Positions 9,244 through 20,342 of a stretch of 64,000 bases of DNA are shown in pieces; positions within the stretch are counted from its first letter, which is position 1, and the number at the start of each line of letters is the position of its first letter. The position numbers were made by a program, and so were the translations under genes. Below the pieces are notes generated by a model. It was not told the DNA's origin and ran no database searches. It was given only the letters and a program-made list of their open reading frames with translations. The stretch is from Acidobacteriota bacterium (lineage in GTDB: Bacteria; Acidobacteriota; Thermoanaerobaculia; Gp7-AA8): the NCBI GenBank assembly GCA_019244185.1, contig JAFATB010000023.1:64001-128000 (forward strand), written 5' to 3'.

Positions 9244-9881
9244 TCGACGACGCGGCCGCGGTCGAGCAGCACGAGCTCTTCGCAGATTGCCGCGACTTCC
9301 TCGCGCTGATGCGTGACGTACAGCATCGGGATGGGGAACGCGTCGCGCACGCGCACGAGGTACTCGAGCACGCGGTCGCGCAGCACCACATCGACCCCCG
9401 CCAGCGGCTCGTCGAGGAGCAGCACCTCGGGACGGCTGAGCAGCGCGCGCGCGAGCGCCACGCGTTTGCGCTCACCGCCGGAGAGATGCGCGACGCCGCG
9501 GCCGAGGAGCGGCTCGAGCTCGAGGACGTCGACGACGTGCGCGAAGGCGAAGACGTCATCGTCGCCGTCGCGCGTCGCGCCGTACGACACGTTCTGCCGC
9601 ACGGAGAGATGCGGAAAGAGCGCGTCGTCCTGCGGCACGTAGCCCACGCGGCGCGCGCGCGGCGGCACGAACACGCGTTGCGCGGCGTCGAACACGACGC
9701 GTTCGTTGAGCTCGATGCGTCCCGTCGCCGGCGTGCGCAGGCCGGCGATCGTTTCGAGGAGCGAGGTCTTGCCCGCGCCCGACGGGCCGTACAAAGCGGT
9801 GATCCGCCGCGTCGTCGCGAACGAGACGTCGAGCGTGAACGGCGCGAGCGGCAGCACGACGTCACGCAACACGATGCTCAC
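9222..9881 (-). CDS. modC: Molybdate ABC transporter ATP-binding protein
   Basis: Walker A GPSGAGKT, VPQDDALFPHLSV, LSGGE, LLLDEP, YVTH; GTG start overlaps the modAB stop; short form without a TOBE domain. Confidence 0.88.
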   Translation of the reverse strand: MSIVLRDVVLPLAPFTLDVSFATTRRITALYGPSGAGKTSLLETIAGLRTPATGRIELNERVVFDAAQRVFVPPRARRVGYVPQDDALFPHLSVRQNVSYGATRDGDDDVFAFAHVVDVLELEPLLGRGVAHLSGGERKRVALARALLSRPEVLLLDEPLAGVDVVLRDRVLEYLVRVRDAFPIPMLYVTHQREEVAAICEELVLLDRGRVVDQSSGIV

Positions 9882-11287
9882 AGCGCGCGCCTCCCGCGGC
9901 GGAGAAAGGTCTCCGCGATCCACACCGACACGAACGCGACGAGGACGGCGATGAAGAGCAGGCGAAACGCGTCGGCGTCGCGGCCGAGCTGCACGCTCTC
10001 GTAGATCGCGAGCGAGAGCGTCTGCGTGCGCCCCGGGATGTTGCCGGCCACGAGGATCGTCGCGCCGAACTCGCCGATCGCGCGCGCGAACGCGAGCAGC
10101 AATCCGCCGACGATGCCGCGCGCGGCGAGCGGCAGCGTGATGGTGGCGAAGACGCGCGCGTTCGTCGCGCCGAGGGTGCGGGCGATCTGTTCGAGTCGCG
10201 GGTTCACTTCCTCGAAGGCCACGCGCGCGGCGCGCACGAGGAGCGGGAATGACATCACCATCATCGCCAGGACGACTGCACGCCATGTGAACACGAGCTC
10301 GAGTCCGAACGAGCGGCGCAGGCGGCCGAGTCCTTCGAGGAGGAGCAGCCCGGTCGCAACCGGCGGCATCACCAGCGGCAACGCGACGAGCGTCTCGACG
10401 AGCGACTTGCCGCGCCACTCGAACCGCGCGAGCAGCCACGCGACGGCGAGTCCGGGGACGAGGATGAGAAATGTCGAGAGCGATGCCGTGCGCAGCGTCA
10501 GCCAGAGCGGCGTGAGCACGTCGTGTTTCGTGACGTTTGACGCCGGCGCGGGCGCGGCGTTCGTGATGAAGCCTTCGCGCGCGAAGACCGGCAGCCCCTC
10601 ATGCGTCGCGTACGCGAGAAACCGCTGCGCGCCGGCGCGGTCGTGCGCGTGCGTCAGTACGGCAAAGGCGTACGCGATCGGCGGCGCGTCGTCGCGCGGC
10701 ACCTCGTACGCAACGCGCACGTCATTCGTCGTGAGCGCGTCGGTGCGGTAGACGATCGCCGCGTCCGCGCCGCCCGACGCCACCGCGCGCAACGCGCCGC
10801 GCACGTTCTCGGTCGGAATCACGTGCGGCGCGAGCGCGGTCCAGAGTACCTTACGCTCGAGGTACGTCCGCGCGTAAATGCCGGCGGGAACGGTCGACGG
10901 CTCCGCGAGCGCGAGCCGCCGCACGCGCAGCAACTCGCGCGGCGAGGTCATCGCCGGCGCATCGCGCGGCACGACGACGACGAGCGCGTTCGACAACACG
11001 CTGACGCGCGTGCCGACGTCGACGAGCCCGCGCGCAACGAGGCGGTCCATGGTCGCGTTGTCGGCGGAGAAGAAGACGTCCGCCGGCGCGCCTTCCTCGA
11101 TCTGCCGCGCCAGCGTCGGCGAGCCGGCCGCGTGCACCAGCACCCGCCCGCCGCCCGCCCGCGCGTACTGCGCGCCGATCGCCTCGACCGCATCGGCAAG
11201 GCTCGCCGCCGCGAACACGCGCACCTCGTCCGCATGAAGCGCGAACGTCAGCAGCAACAACGCGAAGGCGAGGAATCGCCGATGCAC
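9878..11287 (-). CDS. modAB: Fused molybdate-binding protein ModA and permease ModB
   Basis: Signal peptide, FAAASL, QIEEGAPADVFFSA, VPAGIYA and IVYRTDA (ModA), then LPLVMPPVATG and FARAIGEFGAT (ModB) in one frame. Confidence 0.88.
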   Translation of the reverse strand: MHRRFLAFALLLLTFALHADEVRVFAAASLADAVEAIGAQYARAGGGRVLVHAAGSPTLARQIEEGAPADVFFSADNATMDRLVARGLVDVGTRVSVLSNALVVVVPRDAPAMTSPRELLRVRRLALAEPSTVPAGIYARTYLERKVLWTALAPHVIPTENVRGALRAVASGGADAAIVYRTDALTTNDVRVAYEVPRDDAPPIAYAFAVLTHAHDRAGAQRFLAYATHEGLPVFAREGFITNAAPAPASNVTKHDVLTPLWLTLRTASLSTFLILVPGLAVAWLLARFEWRGKSLVETLVALPLVMPPVATGLLLLEGLGRLRRSFGLELVFTWRAVVLAMMVMSFPLLVRAARVAFEEVNPRLEQIARTLGATNARVFATITLPLAARGIVGGLLLAFARAIGEFGATILVAGNIPGRTQTLSLAIYESVQLGRDADAFRLLFIAVLVAFVSVWIAETFLRRGRRAL

Positions 11288-11322
11288 GCGCGGATCATAG
11301 TCGCGCCGCTACACTGACAACG

Positions 11323-11748
11323 ATGCGCCGCACTTTGCTCGCTCTCGCCTTCCTGTCCGTTCTGACGTCGTGCACGACGATGCAGCCGTCCGCGCCGATG
11401 CAGGTCGTCGACGACGACCGCCTCTTCTGCGGCCTCTCGATTCCCGACGGCGGCACCGTGTCCGAGCGCGACCTCGCGCAGTTCCTCGACGAAGTCGTCG
11501 TCACCCGTTTCCCCGACGGCTTCAGCGTCTTCCACATCGACGGCCACTACAACGACACGCGCAAAGGCCCCGTCGCCGAATCGAGCATCGTCATCGAGAT
11601 CATCCACGTCCACGACGCGAGCAAGGACCAACTCGTCCGCGAGATCGCCACCGAATACCGGCGCCGCTTCCGCCAGCAAGCCGTCCTGCGCATGCACGCG
11701 TCGGGAGCGATGGAGTTGATCGAGGAGAAGAGCGCGTCAACCGAATGA
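11323..11748 (+). CDS. DUF3574 family lipoprotein
   Basis: Lipobox LTSC; LFCG...FLDEVVVTRFPDGFSV...YRRRFRQQAVLR. Confidence 0.8.
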   Translation: MRRTLLALAFLSVLTSCTTMQPSAPMQVVDDDRLFCGLSIPDGGTVSERDLAQFLDEVVVTRFPDGFSVFHIDGHYNDTRKGPVAESSIVIEIIHVHDASKDQLVREIATEYRRRFRQQAVLRMHASGAMELIEEKSASTE

Positions 11749-12216
11749 GCTCGGTGGCAGGAACCGCGGAAGGATCGCCGCGGCCACCGCGAGCGCGCCG
11801 AGCAGCATCGTCGCCATGATCTTCGACGGCTTCAGCACGCGCTCGCGAAAGGTGACGTTCTTCTCGCCCCAGCCTTTCCAGTGCGAAGGCAGCCGATACG
11901 GTTCCTCGAACAAGCCGAGCGCGGATTCGATCGACGCGATCACCTTCTGCGTTTCCGCGAGAAAGCAGCGCTGCTTCAACTGCCACTTGATCGAGAACAC
12001 CGTGACGATTGCCATCGCTGCCGCGGCGAGCCCCGCGCCGACACCGGTCTGCAACAGCAGCCCGCGCTTGTCGCTCGTCAGCAGCAGCGCGGCGCCGATG
12101 AAGCCGACCAGAATCGCCGAGCTCCAGTTGAAGATCTCGTTCTCCCGCGCGCGCCGATACTCCAGCTGCTTGAGCTGCGCTTCGTAAAGGTGCAGCAGGA
12201 GCTCGTGGTCGGGCAT
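11737..12216 (-). CDS. Hypothetical small membrane protein (about 3 TM)
   Basis: ORF with three hydrophobic segments; TATCAT 7 nt upstream of the ATG at 12216. Confidence 0.7.
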   Translation of the reverse strand: MPDHELLLHLYEAQLKQLEYRRARENEIFNWSSAILVGFIGAALLLTSDKRGLLLQTGVGAGLAAAAMAIVTVFSIKWQLKQRCFLAETQKVIASIESALGLFEEPYRLPSHWKGWGEKNVTFRERVLKPSKIMATMLLGALAVAAAILPRFLPPSSFG

Positions 12217-12237
12217 GGCCACGATGATACGGCCCCC

Positions 12238-13428
12238 TCACCACCTCCGCGGCATCTTCACCCCCTCCGCCCCGCACAGCTCCGCGTGGCGCTCGAGCGC
12301 GGCCACGATCGCGGAGCGATCGTCGCCGCTTGCGCGCGCGGAGCGATCGTCACCGCTCACCGTTGCCGCATCTTCGAGCCAGAGTTTGGAGACGACGAGA
12401 CGCTTGCCGTCGATGCGGGCGTCGAGGCGGCCGAGGAAGCGGTCGTGGTGGAGGAGGGGGCAGACGTACCAGCCCCAGCGCCGTTGCGCGGCGGGTTTGT
12501 AGACTTCCCAGACGTATTCGAAGGCGAAGACGTGGCGGACGAGGTCGCGGTCCCAGAGGAGCGGATCGAGTGGGCCGAGGATGCGGACGCGGTCGTCGTA
12601 GCGCGGGCGTGGGGTCGTGAGGAACGACGGCACGGCGAGGTAGCGGCGGGCGGAGTCTTCGATGGCCACTTCGACGAGCTCGCCGTCGGCGAGCATTGCA
12701 TCGACGACACCCGACGTCCGCACGTTGCTGAGCATCGACCACATCGCGCCGCTCGCGCGCGTGAGGAGGCCGGCGGCGTGCGCGCGTTCGCGCAGCGCCC
12801 AGCGGGCGAAGTCGCCGCGCGGTTTCTCGGTCGCGACGTCGCGGCCGAGGGCGCGTTCGGGGACGTCGTAGAGCTTCGCGCCGGATGAGGTGCGGCCGGC
12901 GACGACGACGTCGCAGCGCGTCCACAAGACTTCGAGCGCCATCGACGTCGCCTTCGCGGTGCCGCGCCAGCCGGCCCAGTCGATCGGCTCGACTTCGCCG
13001 TGGTCCGTGAGATCGCGCGCGGTGAGCGGGCCGCGGGCGCGCACTTCCTCGAGCACTGCCGCAATCAAACGCGGCGCGAGGCGCTGTTCGCGTTCGCCGT
13101 GCCGCCACCACGGCGTCTGTGCGGCGTGTCCCTGCACGCGATACCACGGGAACGCGGACGCGGGGAGGATGCAGCGCTCCTTGGCGAAGTGCTCGAACGC
13201 CTCGCGCGGAAAGAGATGCCGCCAGACGTCGCCGCGCGCCACGCCTTCGGTGCGCGCCATGACCACGAGATCCGCATTCGTGCCGATCGGATCGAGCGGA
13301 TCGAGCTGAATGCAGCGCAGGCGGTCGAGCACCTTGCGCGTGCCGGCGCGGCCGCGTCCGAGCGAGCGCGCGAGGCCGAGGTGCGCGACGAGCAGGCGGC
13401 GCGCATCGGCGCGGGAGAGCGTCTCCAT
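12238..13428 (-). CDS. YcaQ/AlkZ-like winged-helix DNA glycosylase (HTH_42 family)
   Basis: IQLDP (QxD motif), LGPLDPLLWDR, FAFEYVWEVYKPAAQRRWGWYVCPLL. Confidence 0.88.
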   Translation of the reverse strand: METLSRADARRLLVAHLGLARSLGRGRAGTRKVLDRLRCIQLDPLDPIGTNADLVVMARTEGVARGDVWRHLFPREAFEHFAKERCILPASAFPWYRVQGHAAQTPWWRHGEREQRLAPRLIAAVLEEVRARGPLTARDLTDHGEVEPIDWAGWRGTAKATSMALEVLWTRCDVVVAGRTSSGAKLYDVPERALGRDVATEKPRGDFARWALRERAHAAGLLTRASGAMWSMLSNVRTSGVVDAMLADGELVEVAIEDSARRYLAVPSFLTTPRPRYDDRVRILGPLDPLLWDRDLVRHVFAFEYVWEVYKPAAQRRWGWYVCPLLHHDRFLGRLDARIDGKRLVVSKLWLEDAATVSGDDRSARASGDDRSAIVAALERHAELCGAEGVKMPRRW

Positions 13429-13510
13429 GCGCGGCGCAGGGTCGCATAACAAGCGTCGAGGAATATCGTGATAACGACTATCGTTGCGCGGCGACAGAAA
13501 GGAAGTTCGC

Positions 13511-13957
13511 ATGTTTCGAAAACTGATCGCTACCGTTCCCGACGGCGCCGTCGCCGTGCTCCGCGTCGTCCTCGGCATCGTGATGCTCGCTCACGGCCTG
13601 CAGAAGACCTTCGGCCTCTTCGGCGGCTACGGCTTCCAGGGGACGATGGGCTTCTTCACGCAGCAGATGCACATCCCGGCCGTCTTCGCGTTCCTGGCCA
13701 TCGCCGCGGAGTTCGCCGGTGGACTCGGACTGATCGTCGGTCTCCTCGGGCGCGTGGCCGCGTTCGGCGTGGCCGTGAACATGCTCGTGGCGATGATCCT
13801 CGTCCACCTGCCGGTCGGCTTCTTCATGAACTGGAACGGAAACCTCAAGGGCGAGGGCTACGAGTACCATCTGCTCGCCATCGCCATGGCCGTCGCCATC
13901 ATGCTGCGCGGCTCCGGCGCGGCGTCGATCGATCTCGCGCTGTCGCAGAAACGATGA
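13511..13957 (+). CDS. DoxX family membrane protein
   Basis: LRVVLG..M.AHG.QK.FG.FGG.G, EF.GG, EGYEYH. Confidence 0.92.
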   Translation: MFRKLIATVPDGAVAVLRVVLGIVMLAHGLQKTFGLFGGYGFQGTMGFFTQQMHIPAVFAFLAIAAEFAGGLGLIVGLLGRVAAFGVAVNMLVAMILVHLPVGFFMNWNGNLKGEGYEYHLLAIAMAVAIMLRGSGAASIDLALSQKR

Positions 13958-14388
13958 CCAAACGAACCGTCGAAGAGCAGGCGTTTCTCAGCATCCTCCG
14001 GACCGCGGACTCTCTCGTCCGCGGTCTCGATGCGCTGCTCAAACCGCACGGGCTCACGACGACGCAGTACAACGTGCTGCGCATCCTGCGCGGGGCGGGG
14101 GAGGACGGCGCGACGTGCACCGCCATCGCCTCGCGCATGATCACCGCCGATCCCGACGTCACACGCCTGCTCGACCGCATGGAGAAGCGCGGCCTGCTCG
14201 TGCGGCGCCGCGACGATCGCGACCGCCGCGTGGTGCTGACCTCGATCACCGACGCGGGCCGCGCGATGCTCGAGGAGCTCGACGACGCGCTGATCGAGCT
14301 GCATCGCAACCAGCTGCGCGGCGTGCCGAAGACGCGGCTGCGCGAGTTGATCGCGGACCTCGACAAGATCCGCGGCGTCGAGTCGTAG
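13954..14388 (+). CDS. MarR family transcriptional regulator
   Basis: LTTTQYNVLRILRG, PDVTRLLDRMEKRGL, DRR; ATGA overlap with doxX. Confidence 0.92.
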   Translation: MTKRTVEEQAFLSILRTADSLVRGLDALLKPHGLTTTQYNVLRILRGAGEDGATCTAIASRMITADPDVTRLLDRMEKRGLLVRRRDDRDRRVVLTSITDAGRAMLEELDDALIELHRNQLRGVPKTRLRELIADLDKIRGVES

Positions 14389-15740
<1,352 letters not shown>

Positions 15741-15750
<10 letters not shown>

Positions 15751-16802
15751 TCCGCGTCTCCGAAGACGAGGCGGAAGGTCGTGCCCGCGGCGGACGTCGC
15801 GACGAGCTGCAGATCGCCGCCGTGGTCGAGCATGATCTTGCGCGAGATCGAAAGACCCAGTCCCATTCCCTCTCCCATTCTGCGCGTCGTGACGTACGGA
15901 TCGAAAATCCGCGCGCGCAGCGACTCGGGGATGCCGGCGCCGCTGTCGCTGACGTCGAGGGCGACCGGCGCATTCGCGCGCGCGATCGCGAACGTCACCG
16001 CGCCGCCGCCGTTCCCTTCGACGGCGCGCGCGCTGTTGGTACACAGGTTGACCAATACCTGGCGCAGCAGGTCGCCGTCGGCGCAGACGCGCGCGTCGCC
16101 GCCGGACCATTGCAGCGTGAGACCCGGCCACGCGTTGCCGAACGTCGCGCAGAACTCCTCGACGACCGCGCGCAGCGACAGCGGCCGCAGCACCGGCGTG
16201 CCGATCGCCGCGAACGACGCGAACCCGCGCGTGAACCGCGCCAGCCGCTCGAGCTCCTCGGCGATGCTCTCGCCGGCCGCGAGCACGTCGTTCTGCGGCG
16301 CGCCGCGGCGCACGCCGTCGCCGAGGCGCTCGAGCTCGAGGCGGGCGGCGGTGAGCGGACCTTTGATCTCGTGCGCCTGACGTCGCGCCGTTTCCTGCAG
16401 CGTCGCCACGCGATCGAGATACTCGCGCCGCTCGCGCGCCTGCGCTTTTCGCGCGCGCAGCGAGATCCACGTGGCCGCCACCGCGGCGCCGGCGACGAAG
16501 AGCGCGAGCAGCGTCAGCTCGAAGCGCTGCTGCATCTCCGCGCGATTGAGACGAATCACTTCGAGCCGCCGCAGCAGCAGGTTCGTGTTCTCGAAGCGGC
16601 GGCGATACGCATCGCGATGTTCGTCGTCGAACGCGCGCAGCCGCTTCTGATCGTTCAGCGATTGTTCGAGCGCCTCGCGCACCTCGGGGCGTAGCGCGAC
16701 GTCGAGCCAGAGTCCCGAAATCTGATGGACCAACAGCCAGAAGAGCAGCGTCGCGCCGGCGATGGCGACGAGCGTCGCGGCGAGAGACCGCGCGCGATTC
16801 AT
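15741..16802 (-). CDS. Sensor histidine kinase (NtrY-like)
   Basis: Two TM segments, H-box AHEIKGPLT, N-box NLCTNS, DSGAG, F-box IFDPYVTT, GMGLGL. Confidence 0.9.
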
Positions 16803-17380
16803 CGGAACGCCACCTCCGCGTTCCAGTGATACGCGCGGATCGGTTTCGCATCGAGCGTCGTGCCGATGAGCGCGGTGACGAGCGGCGAGCCGCCGCCGGG
16901 CGTGCCGAGGCCGCCGGACTTCGCGATCCATTGCCGCGCGTCTTCTCCTTCGGCGATGGAGAACGGCAGTACGGACAGCGTCACGCGCAGTGCGACGCGA
17001 TCGGCATTCGCGGCGAAGAGGCGCACGGGCACGCGCCACCATTTGTCGAGCGCGTCGCGCGAGGCGAGCCGCTGCCGTTCCTCTTTGCCGTCGAACTCGA
17101 TCCGCCGCACGAGCCACACTTCATCCCACAGGTCGAAGCGCACCTCGACACGCGCGGCGCCGCGTCGGTCGGACTCGCGCGCCTGCGCCGAGAGGAGGAA
17201 CGTCGTCGTGAGGCCGCTGGAGATCTGCTTCTTCACCTCGCGCTCGTCGAGGAGCGACGACGGCAGCGAGACGGCGACGGTGCGGCCCGGCTGCGCGACG
17301 AACGACGGCCGCGGCTGCGCGAACGCGAACGCGGGCAGCAGCAGCGCGACGAGCAGTGCGGAGACGCGCGTCGCCGTCAC
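16799..17380 (-). CDS. Exported protein, DUF4390-like
   Basis: Signal peptide ending AFA; SGLTTTF and VRFDLWDE; GTG start overlaps the upstream stop; lies upstream of an NtrY-like kinase. Confidence 0.6.
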   Translation of the reverse strand: MTATRVSALLVALLLPAFAFAQPRPSFVAQPGRTVAVSLPSSLLDEREVKKQISSGLTTTFLLSAQARESDRRGAARVEVRFDLWDEVWLVRRIEFDGKEERQRLASRDALDKWWRVPVRLFAANADRVALRVTLSVLPFSIAEGEDARQWIAKSGGLGTPGGGSPLVTALIGTTLDAKPIRAYHWNAEVAFR

Positions 17381-18672
17381 TTCCACGTGTACCCCAGCCC
17401 CAGGCGCAGCGTGCCCCAGACGTTGCGGCGCACCCACGCCGCGGAGAGGCGCATGCCTTCGTCGCTGTTGAGATCGACGAAGCGCTGGCCCTCGCGGTCG
17501 TAGTCGCCCTGCCGCGCGACGTACTGCGCGTCGAGCTCGACGCGCGAGTCGCCGGCTTCTTTCGCCGCGTCGGGACGCAGGTTGTACGACCAGCCGCCGC
17601 CGATGAGGGCGTAGAGCGGCTGCGCGCGGATGACCTGCGGTGTGAGGAGCTGGTTCGCGCGCTCCTCGGTGTTCGTCCAGCCGGCCTGCAGCGTCGCGGA
17701 GACTGAGTCGCGGTCGGAGAGCTCGAAGTAGCGCGCGGCGATTGCGTCGACGCCGTAGCTGTTGAAGTGGTCGGCGTACGCATCGACGCGATCCGTGCCC
17801 GGGATCATGATGAAGCGCGAATACGAGGCGAGGTCGCGCGACGACCATTGCGGCGCGATGCGCACGAACGTGCCGCGCGTCGGGACGAACGGCTGGTTCG
17901 TCGTGTTGTACGCCCACGCGAACGACACGATCCGCTCGCCGTCCTGCAGCGTGTACGGGGCGTCGTTGATGAACGTCGTACTGCGGCTGAAACGCGTCTC
18001 CTCGTAGTCGAGCGTCAGCGTGTGCTTCGGCGTGAGCGGAATGCCGACGACCACCTGCGGCGACAGCGTCGGATTGCGCGCCGGCTCGACGGGCCAGCGG
18101 AGATTCACCGTGGCAAACGCGCGCGTGCCGAAGAGGTCGTACTGCGTGTAGCCGATGGCCGGGGCGCTGTAGTCGGTGGTGAACTCCTGCCGGTCGCGCC
18201 GGCTGGTGATTCCGATGTGCGCCACGCCGCGGCGGCCAATGAACTTGCGGTAGCCGATCGCGGCGTCGCTGGTGTCGGCGCCGAGGGAGCCGGCGTAGTC
18301 GACGGCGGTCCGGCGCTGCTCGTCGTTGAGGATCGGACGCGCGTCGATGAAGTAGAAAAACGGCTTCGTCTCCGCGACGGTGATGACGAGCACGTGCCGC
18401 CCGCGATCGGAGCCTTTCTCCAAGGCGAAGTCCGCCGAGAGCAGATACGGCAGGCGATTGAGGCGCAGCGACGCCGCGCGCAGCTCATCCTCGGTGTACT
18501 CGGCGCCGGCGCGCAGCAGCGACTCCGAGACGATCAGATCCGCCGACACGCGATGCGCGTTGCGCACTTCGATGCGCTCGATGAAGAAGCGCGCGGGCGC
18601 CGCGTCCTGCGCCTGCAGCGGCGCGGCGACGACGGCGGCCAGAGCGAGAGCGATGAGAAACGTACGAGTCAT
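17377..18672 (-). CDS. Outer-membrane beta-barrel protein with one POTRA domain (Omp85/BamA superfamily-like)
   Basis: Signal peptide, IERIEVRNAHRVSADLI...RLNRLPY POTRA-like segment, YTQYDLFG, terminal strand LRLGLGYTWK. Confidence 0.75.
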   Translation of the reverse strand: MTRTFLIALALAAVVAAPLQAQDAAPARFFIERIEVRNAHRVSADLIVSESLLRAGAEYTEDELRAASLRLNRLPYLLSADFALEKGSDRGRHVLVITVAETKPFFYFIDARPILNDEQRRTAVDYAGSLGADTSDAAIGYRKFIGRRGVAHIGITSRRDRQEFTTDYSAPAIGYTQYDLFGTRAFATVNLRWPVEPARNPTLSPQVVVGIPLTPKHTLTLDYEETRFSRSTTFINDAPYTLQDGERIVSFAWAYNTTNQPFVPTRGTFVRIAPQWSSRDLASYSRFIMIPGTDRVDAYADHFNSYGVDAIAARYFELSDRDSVSATLQAGWTNTEERANQLLTPQVIRAQPLYALIGGGWSYNLRPDAAKEAGDSRVELDAQYVARQGDYDREGQRFVDLNSDEGMRLSAAWVRRNVWGTLRLGLGYTWK

Positions 18673-18686
18673 GGAAGCGCTCGTAA

Positions 18687-18827
18687 GGCGGGCCGGATGC
18701 CATCCGTTCCGCGGCGGGCGATGTTGGTCAAGTCGTTTACTACTCGGGAGTTCGCCGCCGCGGGCGGTCTCCGGCACGCGCGGCAGTGTATGCGAAACCG
18801 GACAGCGCCTGTCGGTTCGACCGGACG
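18687..18827 (-). promoter_or_regulatory. Sigma54 promoter with upstream activator sites and IHF-like site
   Basis: Minus-strand TGGCATCCGGCCCGCC (18702-18687); TGT-N12-ACA at 18787-18804 and TGT-N12-ACG at 18810-18827; IHF-like GGTCAAGTCGTTT at 18726-18738. Confidence 0.6.
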
Positions 18828-18900
18828 GCCACACCGGCATCACGCTGAAGAGCAGCACCGCGCTGCCGGCCGCGAACGGCAGCATCGCCACGAGGTTCCT

Positions 18901-19674
18901 TCAACCGATGCGCACGCTCAGCATCGACACCGAGCCGCCGTCGACGCCTTCGACGGGAAACGTGACCGCGTCACCTTCGCGCTGCAGCGCCGCGACGTAG
19001 AGCAGCGGCAGGTAGTGATCGGGCGTCGGCGCGGCGAGCTGCGCGTCGCGGCCGAGCTCCTCGTAGTCGATCAGCGGATCGTGATGTCCGCGCAGCAGCA
19101 ACTCGCGCGCGAGCGTCTCGAAGCGCACCGCCCAGTCGAACGGCTCCGGATGATGCCGCCCCCACGCGTACGTATGCAGGTTGTGCACGAGGTTCCCGCT
19201 GCCGATGACGAGCACCTCTTCGTCGCGCAGCGGCGCGAGTCGTTTCGCGAGGTCGTAGTGAAAGCGCGGCGGCTGCGTCTCGTCGATGCTCAGCTGCACG
19301 ACCGGGATGTCGGCGTCCGGATAGACATGCACGAGCACGGACCACGTACCGTGATCGAGTCCCCATCGCGTGTCGAGTCCGGCGTCCACCGGCGCGAGCA
19401 GCGACTGCACGCGCGCGGCGAGCTCGGGATCGCCCGGCGCGGGGTACTGCACCTCGTACAGCGGACGCGGGAAGCCGCCGAAGTCGTGGATCGTGCGCGG
19501 GCGATCCATCGCCGTCACCAGCGTGGCCGGGAGATACCAGTGCGCCGAGACGGCGAGGATCGCGCGCGGGCGCGGGAGCTCGCGTCCCATCCGCGCCCAC
19601 GTCTCCGTGTACGCGTTGCGCTCGAGCGCGTTCATCGGATTGCCATGGCCGAAGAAGACGACGGGCATTGCCAT
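18901..19674 (-). CDS. ygiD: 4,5-DOPA extradiol dioxygenase (LigB family)
   Basis: FFGHGNPMNA, VSAHW, IHDFGGFP, GLDHGTW, GSGNLVHNL, PTPDHYLPL. Confidence 0.93.
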   Translation of the reverse strand: MAMPVVFFGHGNPMNALERNAYTETWARMGRELPRPRAILAVSAHWYLPATLVTAMDRPRTIHDFGGFPRPLYEVQYPAPGDPELAARVQSLLAPVDAGLDTRWGLDHGTWSVLVHVYPDADIPVVQLSIDETQPPRFHYDLAKRLAPLRDEEVLVIGSGNLVHNLHTYAWGRHHPEPFDWAVRFETLARELLLRGHHDPLIDYEELGRDAQLAAPTPDHYLPLLYVAALQREGDAVTFPVEGVDGGSVSMLSVRIG

Positions 19675-19698
19675 GGCGAGAGAGTCTACGCCCGCGCG

Positions 19699-20256
19699 CT
19701 ACGCGGTCACGGGCACCTGCTTCACCGCCTGCACCTCGACCTCGATGCGCACTTCGTTCGCGACGAGCACGCCGCCCGTCTCCAGCGCCTGATTCCACTT
19801 GAGGCCCCACTCGCGGCGATCGATGCGCGCCGACGCGCGCGAGCCGGCGCGCGTGCCGCCCCACGGATCCTTCCCCGTGCCCTCGTACACGCAGTCGAGC
19901 GTCACTTCCATCGTCGTGCCGCGGATCGTGAGATCGCCGATGACGCGGAAGCGATCGCCTTCCTGCTTCGCCGCGCCTTCGACGCGCTTGCTGACGAACG
20001 TCAGCGTCGGATGTTTCTCGACGTCGAGGAAGTCGGCGGAGCGCAAATGCGCGTCGCGATCGGGGCTGCCGGTGTCGATGCTGTTCGCCGTGAGCTCGAC
20101 GTTCACGCGCGAGTTGTCGGGATTGCTCTCGTCCACTTCGATCGTCCCCTTCACGTCCTTGAAGCGGCCGCGAACGGTGGTGAACATCATGTGTTTGACT
20201 GCGAACTCGACGCTCGAATGCGCCGGGTCGATCTGCCACGTGGTGGTGTCTGCCAT
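19699..20256 (-). CDS. YceI family polyisoprenoid-binding protein
   Basis: WQIDPAHSSVEFAVKHMM, RDAHLRSADF, GDLTIRG. Confidence 0.93.
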   Translation of the reverse strand: MADTTTWQIDPAHSSVEFAVKHMMFTTVRGRFKDVKGTIEVDESNPDNSRVNVELTANSIDTGSPDRDAHLRSADFLDVEKHPTLTFVSKRVEGAAKQEGDRFRVIGDLTIRGTTMEVTLDCVYEGTGKDPWGGTRAGSRASARIDRREWGLKWNQALETGGVLVANEVRIEVEVQAVKQVPVTA

Positions 20257-20342
20257 GGGGTGATTCTCCTCGTGCGCAACGGCTGCAATGAACGTGCGCA
20301 TGGATATTTAGAATTCAATCCATATTGAAGTATGATCGCCAC

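Noticed and set aside
20280-20301. Possible sigma54 promoter for yceI (minus-strand TGCGCACGTTCATTGCA)
   Set aside because: It lacks the conserved GG at -24, so it is left uncalled.
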